Made by a program: the position numbers and the translations under genes. Below are positions 38,160 through 47,476 of a stretch of DNA of 64,000 nt, piece by piece; the stretch's first letter is position 1, and the number at the start of each line of letters is the position of its first letter. The stretch comes from Pirellulales bacterium (GTDB taxonomy: Bacteria; Planctomycetota; Planctomycetia; Pirellulales; Lacipirellulaceae), in contig JBGSJY010000012.1 of NCBI GenBank assembly GCA_041741515.1, positions 9,256-73,255 of the forward strand, in the 5' to 3' direction. The notes beneath the pieces were generated by a model. It had not been told where the DNA came from and made no database searches. It was given only the letters and a program-made list of their open reading frames with translations.

Positions 38160-38816
38160 TCAGTTGGGGTGAGGTTTGGCGCCGCGAAAGTAAACGGCAG
38201 AGGCAACTCGATGCGAACGTTCTCGGTTGATAAGGAAGTAGTCGAGGTATCGCAGCGGGGCTGTTCCCAGCGCTACGGGGACCAGTATCGCGTTGGATAT
38301 CCAGCGGTTTGCACTCGGGCTGTTCGCCCATTCTCGCACAACCCAGACAACACCGCATGTCGGGCCAATGTGGACGCCGGAAGAGAGGTGATCGAAGCTG
38401 CGACAGAGAAGTCGTAGACCGTCGATCGTGAATCTCCAATAATCGCACGGGTCAGCGTGGTAGCCTTGCATGAATGGCACATCAATATGCACGATGCCTC
38501 CAGGCTTCAGAACTCGATAAAGTTCCGATACAGCCTTGAAGGGGTCAGCGACATGCTCCAGAGTGCCGGTGCATATCACGCAGTCGGCATAACCGTCTTC
38601 AAAAGGGAGGCTGTGAATATCGCCAACGACGTCAACCCCCGGACAGTCGACAGCGTCCACGGTAATGACTGAATCTATTACGCGCCGTCCCCCCGCGCCA
38701 ACGTCGAGTACTACGGACCCAGGCCGGACGAGCGCGAGTGTTTCGGTGAGCTTGTTTCTCGGAACTAGTGTCGGCTGCGGCAGAAGTCGAAGAACCCCGG
38801 GTAGGCCCCATCCCAT
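38160..38816 (-). CDS. class I SAM-dependent methyltransferase
   Basis: VLDVGAG, GDIHSLPF, LEHV, RVLKPGG, YHADPCDYWRFT. Confidence 0.9.
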   Translation of the reverse strand: MGWGLPGVLRLLPQPTLVPRNKLTETLALVRPGSVVLDVGAGGRRVIDSVITVDAVDCPGVDVVGDIHSLPFEDGYADCVICTGTLEHVADPFKAVSELYRVLKPGGIVHIDVPFMQGYHADPCDYWRFTIDGLRLLCRSFDHLSSGVHIGPTCGVVWVVREWANSPSANRWISNAILVPVALGTAPLRYLDYFLINRERSHRVASAVYFRGAKPHPN

Positions 38817-38870
38817 CGGATACTCGCTCAGTGTGGCTTATTGGAAAGAAGCAGAACGGTGGCTTGCTTA

Positions 38871-39806
38871 GAGCCAGTTTCAGAACTGCGATTTGCTAGC
38901 TGAACCGCGGAGAGGAACGGTCGTAAGAGTCTCCGAAAGGAGGCCCGTGATGACCAAACGATCCCGCGTAGACACGGGGTCCAGGATGGAGCCCGACTCT
39001 CGATTCTTCCGCCCGCAGCTCAGCGACGAGCAGTAGGCGCTTGTCAGCGACCTCTTCAAGCCGCCGAAGCCGAGCCCCAAGGGAGGCCGGCCACACGCCG
39101 ATACGCGGGCCTTTCTCGAGGGCGTGCTGTGGGTGCTGCGTAGCGGCGCGCGTTGGAAAGACGTGCCGCCTTGGTTCCCCTCGTACCCCACCTGCTGGCG
39201 ACGGTTCGTGGAACGGACGACCGATGGCACGCTGGAGAAAGTCCACCGGCGGCTGGTCCGCTTGCTCGACAAGGCCCGCAAGATCGACTGGGAGGAGGGC
39301 TTCGCCGACGGCACGTTCGCCCCGGCGACCGCTTCTCCCGGTAAAAACTGCGGGGGGATGGCGTCGGCCTGACCAAGCGGGGCAAGGGGAGCAAGGTCAT
39401 GGTCCTCACCGACGGCCAGGGCCTTCCGTTGGGAACGGAGGTCGAGGCGGCGAGCGTCGCCGAGGTGAACCTCATCGAGCCCCTCTTGGACGAGGCAGTG
39501 ACCAGCCACGTCCCGTCGCGGCTGGTGTACGACAAGGCGGCCGTCTGCGACGCGCTGCGCGACCGACTCGGCCAACGGGGCGTCGACCGGATCGCCCGCC
39601 ACCGCAAGAACTGGGTCCGTAAGGAAAAGCAGGACGGGCGGAAGTTGCGTCGCTACCGGCGACGCTGGACCGTCGAACGCAGCATCGCCTAGCTCCAGGC
39701 CTTCAAACGCCTTGTCGTCCGCAACGAGTTCTACGCCCATCTCTACCACGGCTTCATTAAGCTCGCCTGCATGATCGTCTGCTTTAGACGGTTATGAAAC
39801 TGGCTC
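38871..39806 (+). mobile_element. IS5-family (IS427-like) insertion sequence, 936 bp
   Basis: TIRs GAGCCAGTTTCAGAACTG / CGGTTATGAAACTGGCTC (16/18); TA duplicated at 38869-38870 and 39807-39808. Confidence 0.92.
38950..39797 (+). pseudogene. IS5-family transposase (orfA/orfB, -1 frameshift), inactivated
   Basis: LSDEQ*AL, GVLWVLRSGARW, DGTF, GKGSKVMVLTDGQGLPL, YDKA, RWTVERSIA*L; TAG at 39034-39036 and 39690-39692. Confidence 0.88.
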
Positions 39807-39932
39807 TAGTCCAGCAGAGTCGCAATCCGCGACGGCACGGGGTCATCATCGGAGCGATTGTCTACAAGTTAGTAGGAATTCGAGGCGCGATCGCAGTAGC
39901 CCGTGGCTTTGTGCGGCAGCATTGCGGATTGT

Positions 39933-41756
39933 CTAGGCGAGTCCCGCAGGTGAGTTATGACATCGACCGGCCTCCGAGATTGCCGGAGAGTCAAATAAAT
40001 TGCTTCCCCGCTCAACAATCATCATGGCCATGATTAAGAACGTGTGATTCTTGGCGCCGGCGTTATGAGCCGCGACCACCCCACGCACACAATCGGGATT
40101 GAGAAGTCCCCGGTCCAGGCACTTGGCGTCGAGCAGTGTCCTCTCTACCACCTCGCGGAGCTCACGACGCAGCCATAGGCCGAGACGTTCGTACGGCTGA
40201 TAGCCCCTTACACCGAGCTTCGCGAGCACTCTCATACGGAGGTAGCAAATCGTCCTCCAGGCGGGGCCGGCGCCGACACGGGCGCCGGTGTTCGAATTGG
40301 CAGGGAGCAGGAAGCTGGGGCGATGACGACGGAGGACCTCGGTATGGGCGCGCTCGCCGATCCGCGCCTCGGGCGGCGCGTCGAACACCGCCTGCACGAA
40401 CCGGCTGTCGAGGTAGGGCACCCGCACGTCAACCACCGAGTTGAACTTGACGAGCGACATCGCGGTCTCGCGACGGAGGCGTTGGTCGAGAAACATCTGA
40501 CTCAAGCGGTCGAGTGGCCGTTCGAAGCGATCGGTTGCCTTCATCGCCGCTCGGAGGGTTTGCCGGCCGACCTCTTTGAAGTCAGATGACGACACCGCGG
40601 CAAGCAGTGGCAGGTCGACACAGTCCGTCAAATGACTCTGCAGGTGGGACCACAGCCAGCTCTCCAGTGAATCGTCCCCTTCTAGTCGCCGAAACTCATC
40701 GTCGACCGAGAAGTTGTAGGCCTTGTGCATGTGGAGCAGCTCGCCGACGTGACCCCGGAGTAAGACACGCACGCCAAGCTCGGGGTAAAGCGGCAGAGTC
40801 GGCATCACGATGCACTGCGAGAGGTAGTGCCCGTCGGTCAACTCAACCATGCGGTCGAGCCAGCCCTCGAAGCACTCTAGAAAGCCTTCGCCCAGCACAA
40901 ACCGATGAAAGGGGCACCCGGAAAGTTTCGCCAACTTCCGGGCTGAGACTTGGTCGAGGCTCCCTTCCATGCCCAGGCTGAGGCATGTCGGTCGCGGCAG
41001 TTCGTCGCTGATGAGGCCGAGAATGGCCCGGGCGTCGAGCCCGCCGGAGAGGGCGACCCCTAAACCCGGGGTGTCCCTTGACTGCTCATCGACGGCTCGA
41101 CAGAGAGTCTCATCGATGCGATCAAGGCTGGCGCCTAACGTGATGGGCCGTTGGCTCGGACGGATCTGCCAGTAAGTATGCTGTTCGACGCGGCCCGTAT
41201 CGATGCTGAAGGTGCATCGCGTCGCCGGGCCGAGACAACGGACCGATTTCAGCAGCGTCGTGCTATTCCACAGATGGCCGAAGGTGAAGAACTGTATCAG
41301 TCCTTCGGTATCCCATGCCGGTGAGGCGCCCGCAATCTGAGATGCTCTACGAACGGATGTCGAGAACGAAAGTGAATCGCTATTGGCGGAGTAGTAGAGG
41401 GGGACCGACCCGAACTTGTCGGTGAGCAACGTTAGCTCGCGTCTGGATTCGGACCAGAAAGCCGCGGCGAATCGACCCTCGATGCGTGACAGATAGGCGT
41501 CGCCTTCCGCTGCATAGCCCTCGAGTAAGCGGAGTGCATTTGGCCCGCTTCCCTCCTTCCCGCCGAACAGCTCGCCTTGCATGACAAGCGTGTCATCCCC
41601 GATCGAAGCCCACATCCGCTCTGCGTAGGCCTCGTCACGACCTTCCCATGTGAAGCCGATCCCGTTGGCTTCAGGGCGCCACATGCTATCGCCGAAGGTG
41701 GAGAGCGGGATACCAGGTTGTGAATTGGCGGAGGCCTGTCCGCTTATCGTCGGCAT
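39933..41756 (-). CDS. asparagine synthase-related protein lacking N-terminal Cys
   Basis: starts MPTISG; DKFGSVPLYY, LSGGLDAR, RVPYLD, WLRREL. Confidence 0.85.
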   Translation of the reverse strand: MPTISGQASANSQPGIPLSTFGDSMWRPEANGIGFTWEGRDEAYAERMWASIGDDTLVMQGELFGGKEGSGPNALRLLEGYAAEGDAYLSRIEGRFAAAFWSESRRELTLLTDKFGSVPLYYSANSDSLSFSTSVRRASQIAGASPAWDTEGLIQFFTFGHLWNSTTLLKSVRCLGPATRCTFSIDTGRVEQHTYWQIRPSQRPITLGASLDRIDETLCRAVDEQSRDTPGLGVALSGGLDARAILGLISDELPRPTCLSLGMEGSLDQVSARKLAKLSGCPFHRFVLGEGFLECFEGWLDRMVELTDGHYLSQCIVMPTLPLYPELGVRVLLRGHVGELLHMHKAYNFSVDDEFRRLEGDDSLESWLWSHLQSHLTDCVDLPLLAAVSSSDFKEVGRQTLRAAMKATDRFERPLDRLSQMFLDQRLRRETAMSLVKFNSVVDVRVPYLDSRFVQAVFDAPPEARIGERAHTEVLRRHRPSFLLPANSNTGARVGAGPAWRTICYLRMRVLAKLGVRGYQPYERLGLWLRRELREVVERTLLDAKCLDRGLLNPDCVRGVVAAHNAGAKNHTFLIMAMMIVERGSNLFDSPAISEAGRCHNSPAGLA

Positions 41757-41826
41757 GCTGTCTTCTGCAGAATCGTGAGGGATGAGGTCGTCGAAATGTG
41801 GCGCAGTGACCTCAGCAAAGAACGCT

Positions 41827-43227
41827 TCACCACATAAGTCCTAAGTCGACGAAAACGATCTCACGCGCCCAGCCGAGCACCAAGATAACGCATAGCGTCA
41901 ACGCCACTGGCCCGCGCCATCCAGAGAACCGGCTGCGGTCGCTCCAGAGTGCCTGCAGCGCTGCCGCGGCGTAGACCGTGAGCACTGGTATCAGCGGTAG
42001 GTGGTACCGTGAGTGGGCAAACGCGACGGTGTGAATGGCGCAGGGGACTGCGATCCACAGCAAGAGCAGGGTGTGCGACCGCCATTCAGGAGGGGTCACG
42101 ACGGCCCCGGTCAGTGCGAGCAACGCGACCAAGGCATACGAACCACAGATCAGCAGCGCCACACCGACGGTAACGAAGGTGGGGATGTCGCCGAAGTAGC
42201 CTTGCCGCATTCCCGCGATGATCGTCCGTTCGAGTTGCCAGAAGTTGAAGAATCGGACTAGGCAGCGACGCGCTGACTCCGCCGGGTGGGAGAAGAAGTA
42301 GCGGACGCCGTAGGCCATCGCCTTCTTATCGATCTCGCCCTGCGTGAGCTGGCTGTACCCCGGCGTCGCAGCCGCGAGCACGCGATGCCACGACCGTTCG
42401 CCGGTCACATCCGAAATGGTCGCCCACGAGCGCTCGAGGGGGGTGTACTCGTAGTTGCCCATCATGACGTTCCGACCCCCCATCACGTCGATGAGTGTGA
42501 AAGTCTCTTGCACCCTGGTGTTCCGCCACGACCAAGGAGCGAGCACCGCAGCGCAAACGGAAAGGGCGATTCCGACGGACAGGAATCGTCGAATCGGCGA
42601 GTACATCGCCAGCAACAGAATCGCGACGCCGACCGGCGCCGAGCAAAGCCAAAGCACGCTTCGCGTCAGGGCGCCTAAGCCAAGGCATGTGCCTAAGGCA
42701 ATGGATGAGACGATCCCTGGCGAACGCAAGAGGACAAGGCTCGCAAAGACGGCGCCCGTCAGGAGGAAGGTGAACAGCGTTTCAGAAAGGAGCAGCATAT
42801 TGAACGCTAGCAATGAAGGGTAGAAGCCGACAAGGGTCGCCGCGATCACGCCTGTTTCACGGCGGTAGAGTAACGCACCGATCCAGTACGAGAGGAAAAT
42901 CGTCGCCCAGCTCAGCAGCGCCTGAAGGACGGCGACGGCGAGATAGTTATGGACGCCCAGCACCCGGTAGACACCAGCGAGAACGGCCGGGTAAAGCGGG
43001 GGGCGGAGCGAAGAAGGCGCCCCCGACTCGGTGACATACTCTCCGGTCTCAACCAGCGCGGTCGCGAGTCGGTTGTAGTCGTGCGCGTCAACGATCGTCG
43101 GCTCGCGATCGCCAAACGCCAGCGCTACGACGAGGCGCAGCAGTAGTGAGCTCCAGAGCAACCAAAGCGGCGGCCACCCCAGCATCGGAATGATCGCCGC
43201 GCGATTATCAGCGGCCGCTTCGGTCAC
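41827..43227 (-). CDS. GT39/ArnT-like (GT-C) membrane glycosyltransferase
   Basis: DAHDY, RPPLYP, LLSETLF, PWSWRN, RYHLP; GTGA overlap with the ubiA-family stop. Confidence 0.82.
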   Translation of the reverse strand: MTEAAADNRAAIIPMLGWPPLWLLWSSLLLRLVVALAFGDREPTIVDAHDYNRLATALVETGEYVTESGAPSSLRPPLYPAVLAGVYRVLGVHNYLAVAVLQALLSWATIFLSYWIGALLYRRETGVIAATLVGFYPSLLAFNMLLLSETLFTFLLTGAVFASLVLLRSPGIVSSIALGTCLGLGALTRSVLWLCSAPVGVAILLLAMYSPIRRFLSVGIALSVCAAVLAPWSWRNTRVQETFTLIDVMGGRNVMMGNYEYTPLERSWATISDVTGERSWHRVLAAATPGYSQLTQGEIDKKAMAYGVRYFFSHPAESARRCLVRFFNFWQLERTIIAGMRQGYFGDIPTFVTVGVALLICGSYALVALLALTGAVVTPPEWRSHTLLLLWIAVPCAIHTVAFAHSRYHLPLIPVLTVYAAAALQALWSDRSRFSGWRGPVALTLCVILVLGWAREIVFVDLGLMW

Positions 43228-44243
43228 GCTCCGATCTTCCACAGCGAAGGCATCTTGGAGGGCGTGACATTGAAGAGTTCGTACAACGCGGGCCAGTCGA
43301 GGAAGACCAATGCGAGAAAAACCAGACACGTCACCGCTAGGTACAGCATTAACCCGGTCTGCTTGTACAGGTGCTCGGGGTTCTGAACAGGGCTATTCAC
43401 CTTGAAGGTGACATGCAAGTAGTACGCGAAGAAACCCGCGAGCAGCGGCACCGAGAGGAGTAGCTCGAGCTTGTAGCGAACGATAAACACGCCAAGCATT
43501 AGCGCGCACGCCGCGGTGTAGAAGAACATGCTCACGAGGAGCCGGTCCTCGGTGTAGTGCCGGAACGATGATCGGTAGGCCGCGGCGGCGGCGGGGTCGC
43601 CGATCATCCGGTACTCGGCAAACCGCTTGCTGGCCATAAAGAAGGCGCCGACCATCCAGTACGCTACCAGCAGCGACAGGGGGGGAATCACCGAAGGCGT
43701 CACGACGAACCAACCAAGCAAGAGTCGTATCGGGTTGTTGACCGACTCAGAGACCACATCCAAGTAGGGCGTCTCTTTGGTACGCAAAGGCCGGATGTTG
43801 TAGACGCATCCCATGACCCACAGCGCGACGAGCGACCAGACGAACGGGGCGTTAACGGCTGTCCCGAGCCAGACCCCCGCTACGCCAAGGGCTATCCATT
43901 CGGCGTACGCGATTGGCAGCTTTACTCGACCCGAAGGCACCGGTCGCATCCGCTTGACCGGATGCCGCAGGTCGCTTGGGGCGTCGAGCACTTCGTTGAT
44001 CACGTAGTTGCTCGACGCGATCAAGCAAGTCGCAGCGAGACCGATCAGCATCGTCCAAAACGGGAACGAGTCGATGCGGTCAGCGGTATAGAAGACCGCG
44101 AGCAGGCTGCCCGCCACCATGAAGACGTTCTTGAACCAATGGTCGGGTCGAGCGATTGAGATGTAGGGCGATATCGCAGCGATCCAGCCCGACTTGACCA
44201 TAGAGCCGGGTGTCTCACTCGAGGTCGAGGTGTTCATTCTCAT
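43224..44243 (-). CDS. UbiA prenyltransferase family, decaprenyl-phosphate phosphoribosyltransferase-like
   Basis: ARPDHWFKN, NYVINEVLDAPSDLRHPVKRMRPVPSG, YLDV, KRFAE. Confidence 0.85.
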   Translation of the reverse strand: MRMNTSTSSETPGSMVKSGWIAAISPYISIARPDHWFKNVFMVAGSLLAVFYTADRIDSFPFWTMLIGLAATCLIASSNYVINEVLDAPSDLRHPVKRMRPVPSGRVKLPIAYAEWIALGVAGVWLGTAVNAPFVWSLVALWVMGCVYNIRPLRTKETPYLDVVSESVNNPIRLLLGWFVVTPSVIPPLSLLVAYWMVGAFFMASKRFAEYRMIGDPAAAAAYRSSFRHYTEDRLLVSMFFYTAACALMLGVFIVRYKLELLLSVPLLAGFFAYYLHVTFKVNSPVQNPEHLYKQTGLMLYLAVTCLVFLALVFLDWPALYELFNVTPSKMPSLWKIGA

Positions 44244-44773
44244 TGGGTTCCAGGGCTGCTTGCGGCGGCGCTCAGCAGAGCCTTCTGATACACACGACGC
44301 AACCGATAGCGAAATGGCATCTCGACAGGGCGTTTCAGACGAGTAAACCAGGGCTCGACCCAGGAGGTGGGTTCAACCAGCACCGTCTTAATCCCGTAAA
44401 GTCGGCCGGCGAGGACGTCAGCAAAAAGCTGGTCTCCAACGAGGGCGACACGATTTGCGGGCAGACCGAGCGCGGCAAGGCCGGCGCGAACGCGCAGTGG
44501 CGAAGGCTTGTACGCTTTCGCGATAAACGGCGTTTCGAGCACCTGCGCCGCCGCAGCCACCTTGCTGATGACTCCGTTGGAGAACAAGCAGATCACGATT
44601 CCGGCCGACCGAACCTGCCTGACCCATTCTAGCGTCGTCTCGGGGAACTCCGGCACTCCGTAATCCTTCAGGGTGCCGTCGAGATCAATGAGCAGTCCAT
44701 CGATCTGCGAGGCTCTCAATTCGGTGGGGCATAACTCGGTAATGTGCCGGACGTATCGTGTCGGAAAGATCAT
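44240..44773 (-). CDS. YqeG-type HAD IIIA phosphatase
   Basis: DLDGTL, FSNG, AYKP, VGDQLFADVLAG; ATGA overlaps on both sides. Confidence 0.88.
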   Translation of the reverse strand: MIFPTRYVRHITELCPTELRASQIDGLLIDLDGTLKDYGVPEFPETTLEWVRQVRSAGIVICLFSNGVISKVAAAAQVLETPFIAKAYKPSPLRVRAGLAALGLPANRVALVGDQLFADVLAGRLYGIKTVLVEPTSWVEPWFTRLKRPVEMPFRYRLRRVYQKALLSAAASSPGTQ

Positions 44774-46686
44774 CGCAAACTCGTCGTGTATCGGGGCGCC
44801 GTGGGGATGGGTGGCGACTCGTAACGCTCCAGCCACGCGTCGAGAACGAGCAAGGCCCAGAGCTGGCGACCCGAGTTCGCGGCGCCACGCAGGTGAGCCT
44901 CGGTGAGTCGAGACATCTCGGCGACGTCAATGTGAGTGGATAACGCCCCCCGGGGGCTTGCTGCCTGCTCTAGCCTCTCCCTCAGTGGTCCTCGCATCCA
45001 GGCGTCGACCGGTGAGTCGAAGCCTTGTTTCTTTCGCCAGACCGCGCCGGGCGGCAGCCGGTCTTCCTGCAACTTCTTGAAAATCCATTTTGTCTCGCCG
45101 TCCCGGATTTTCCACTCGGAAGGCGACCGCCAGGCCATTTCCAGCAGTTCGTGGTCGACAAGCGGGGGCCGGACTTCCAGACCAACCGCCATACTCGCGC
45201 GATCCACCTTGGTAAGGAAGTCGTCGGGCAGCAGCATGGCGATATCACTCGCCGTCATCGACTGCAGGGCGTCCCGGCCCGAGGCATAGGGCCCAGTGAC
45301 CGCACTCTCGGGACGGTACCCGTTGAGGTCGGCCTTGTTCAACAGACGGCGACGCAGCGGCCTACGGAATAGCGAAAGTGTGTTGGCGTAAGCCTCATCC
45401 GCGTTGAGGGAGAGATTCGTGAGGGTGGTCTTCGCCCGCAACGGTCTCGGCGCCCAGGCGGCCTCGGGCCAGGCCCGAGCTACTGCGGCAAGCATCGGCC
45501 GACGTAGCCACGAAGGGAGGCGGCGGCGCACGGCGTCCTCGCGGAGGTCGTGGGCGTACCGCGTGTATCCCCCAAAGGCCTCATCGCCCCCGTCGCCGGA
45601 GACAACGACCTTCACGCTCTCGCTCGCGACTTTGGCCACTCGCATCGTCGGAATCGCGGACGGGTCGGCGAACGGCTCATCGTAGAAATGGACCAAGCTC
45701 TCCAGGCCCTGCATAACGTCGGTGGCGACCACCTCTTCGACATGCTCGGTCTGATACCGCTCGGCGACGAGCCGTGCCTGGGGCAACTCGCTATTCGGGT
45801 CGCCATCGAAGCCAACCGAGAAGGTCTTTAAGCTCCCACCCCCGAGTCGAGCCATTTCCGCAACGATGGCGCCTGAATCAACGCCTCCGCTAAGGAACGC
45901 CCCAACCGGGACATCGGCGATCCGGTGGGCCTGGACCGTCTCCCGAAACTTGTCGTCGAGGGCCTCGCACCAATCGTCTAACGATCGCGAGTCGTCCGGC
46001 TGCGCCTGTAGACCCCAGTATCGTCGCGGCTCGCCGCCTAAATGGTTGTCCGCCGCAACCTCGAGATAGTGAGCCGGGGGCAGCTTGCGGACGTGCTTGA
46101 AGATGGACTTCTCTCCGGGAACAACGCCCCACGTGAGATAGGATTCGAGAGCCTCTTGGTCAATCGTGCGATCGACATCGGGACACGCCAAGATGGCCTT
46201 AATCTCCGACCCGAAGAGGAAGCGGTTACGATCGCGGTAGTAGTAAAGCGGCTTCTGGCCGACGCGGTCGCGAGCCAGCAGCAACCGCCTGCGCCTGACG
46301 TCCCACAAGGCGAAAGCGAACATCCCCCGCAGCTTTTCGACCAAGGCGGCGCCGTGATCCTCGTAGAGGTGCACGAGCACCTCGGTGTCGCTCTTCGTCC
46401 GCAGCGTATGGCCCTTGGCGAGCAGCACGTCGCGCAGATGCGGATAGTTATAAATCTCGCCGTTGAAGACGACCCGCACGGAGCCATCTTCGTTCCGCAT
46501 CGGCTGATCACCCCCTGCGAGGTCGATGATGGACAGCCGTCGGTGAGCGAGACCTACGCCCTCGCCAACCCAGAATCCCTCGGCGTCGGGGCCGCGGTGT
46601 GCGATGGAATCGGCCATGCTGCGCAGCTCCCCGCGATCGATCGGGCGATCGTGCTCGCACGCAACAGCTCCTGCGATACCGCACAT
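44770..46686 (-). CDS. asnB: asparagine synthase (glutamine-hydrolyzing) family amidotransferase
   Basis: MCGIAG, HRGPD, HRRLSIIDL, FNGEIYN, FLSGGVDS, SGDGGDE, KVDRASM. Confidence 0.95.
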   Translation of the reverse strand: MCGIAGAVACEHDRPIDRGELRSMADSIAHRGPDAEGFWVGEGVGLAHRRLSIIDLAGGDQPMRNEDGSVRVVFNGEIYNYPHLRDVLLAKGHTLRTKSDTEVLVHLYEDHGAALVEKLRGMFAFALWDVRRRRLLLARDRVGQKPLYYYRDRNRFLFGSEIKAILACPDVDRTIDQEALESYLTWGVVPGEKSIFKHVRKLPPAHYLEVAADNHLGGEPRRYWGLQAQPDDSRSLDDWCEALDDKFRETVQAHRIADVPVGAFLSGGVDSGAIVAEMARLGGGSLKTFSVGFDGDPNSELPQARLVAERYQTEHVEEVVATDVMQGLESLVHFYDEPFADPSAIPTMRVAKVASESVKVVVSGDGGDEAFGGYTRYAHDLREDAVRRRLPSWLRRPMLAAVARAWPEAAWAPRPLRAKTTLTNLSLNADEAYANTLSLFRRPLRRRLLNKADLNGYRPESAVTGPYASGRDALQSMTASDIAMLLPDDFLTKVDRASMAVGLEVRPPLVDHELLEMAWRSPSEWKIRDGETKWIFKKLQEDRLPPGAVWRKKQGFDSPVDAWMRGPLRERLEQAASPRGALSTHIDVAEMSRLTEAHLRGAANSGRQLWALLVLDAWLERYESPPIPTAPRYTTSLR

Positions 46687-46830
46687 CTACTGTTCGCCAA
46701 TTCCGGCAGACGGGTCGCATCCAGTCAGCACTTCAACGTGCCGAATGTCGCCTTTAAAGACGCGGATGAGTTCGTGGAGAAGCCGGGACAGCTTGCTGAT
46801 GTTTGATTGACCTGATTCCCGCTGGTGCAT
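46687..46830 (-). CDS. putative 47-aa small protein
   Basis: ATG 4 nt after the acyltransferase stop; its TAG directly abuts the asnB ATG; below the ORF-track cutoff. Confidence 0.35.
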   Translation of the reverse strand: MHQRESGQSNISKLSRLLHELIRVFKGDIRHVEVLTGCDPSAGIGEQ

Positions 46831-46834
46831 CCGC

Positions 46835-47476
46835 TTAATTCACGCTGGGATCGATTTGGAGAACACCTACACTCCTAGTCTCTGGAACGCTGTCGCCTTG
46901 TCGTGACCCTATCACTCGTGCCGGATTGCCAGCTACGATGTCGCGGTCGGCGACCGGCTTCGTGACGACCGAACCGGCGCCCACGATCGCTTGGCTCCCG
47001 ACGTTGCACATCACGATGCTCCGATCGCCGATCCAGCAGTCGCGTCCGATGGTGACGCGCGGATACTCCCCCGCTTGCTCACGCACCGGGATATCGAGAC
47101 GTTCCGTTCCGTGCTGACGGGCGCCGTTGATTATCGAGACGTGTGAGCCGACGAGGGCGTCGTCTTCGAGGGTCACATTGCCTAGCATCCCAAACGGGCC
47201 GACGTAGACCCGGGCGCCGAAGCTCGCGGTCGGGTGCGATAGCACCGTCATAAAGCCGACGAAGGCGTCCTCACCGCATTTCGGCAACACCATCCGGTAG
47301 AACGCGCGGCGCAGATAGGCTCCTGCCGTGCCCGGCAATAGTGCGACGAGTTGCGAGAACCCGGGAAAGGCGCGTTCGGCGCCAAACGCGAGTGTTAACA
47401 TCATGTAGGCAAGCCAGAGCGGCGTCGCGACCAGGCTCGCTGCTAGGTTGCCGATTCGCTTGGCCGTGTCTTTCAC
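46835..47476 (-). CDS. hexapeptide-repeat O-acyltransferase
   Basis: VTIGRDCWIG, IVGAGSVVTK, VAGNPARVI. Confidence 0.88.
   Translation of the reverse strand: MKDTAKRIGNLAASLVATPLWLAYMMLTLAFGAERAFPGFSQLVALLPGTAGAYLRRAFYRMVLPKCGEDAFVGFMTVLSHPTASFGARVYVGPFGMLGNVTLEDDALVGSHVSIINGARQHGTERLDIPVREQAGEYPRVTIGRDCWIGDRSIVMCNVGSQAIVGAGSVVTKPVADRDIVAGNPARVIGSRQGDSVPETRSVGVLQIDPSVN

Noticed and set aside
38160-38870. IS truncating the methyltransferase 5' end
   Set aside because: An in-frame TAA lies between the IS and the ATG at 38816, so the insertion is intergenic.
39034-39692. Amber recoding (TAG read as Trp)
   Set aside because: TAG is an ordinary stop for many intact genes here (5452, 12666, 25748, 29035); pseudogenisation is simpler.
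38880-39749. 289-aa minus-strand ORF within the IS
   Set aside because: Antisense shadow of the transposase with no recognisable motifs.
39933-46830. Lasso peptide cluster (Asn-synthetase homologs plus small ORF)
   Set aside because: No B1/PqqD or B2 peptidase gene; the putative core has only one residue after E9; the context is glycan biosynthesis.
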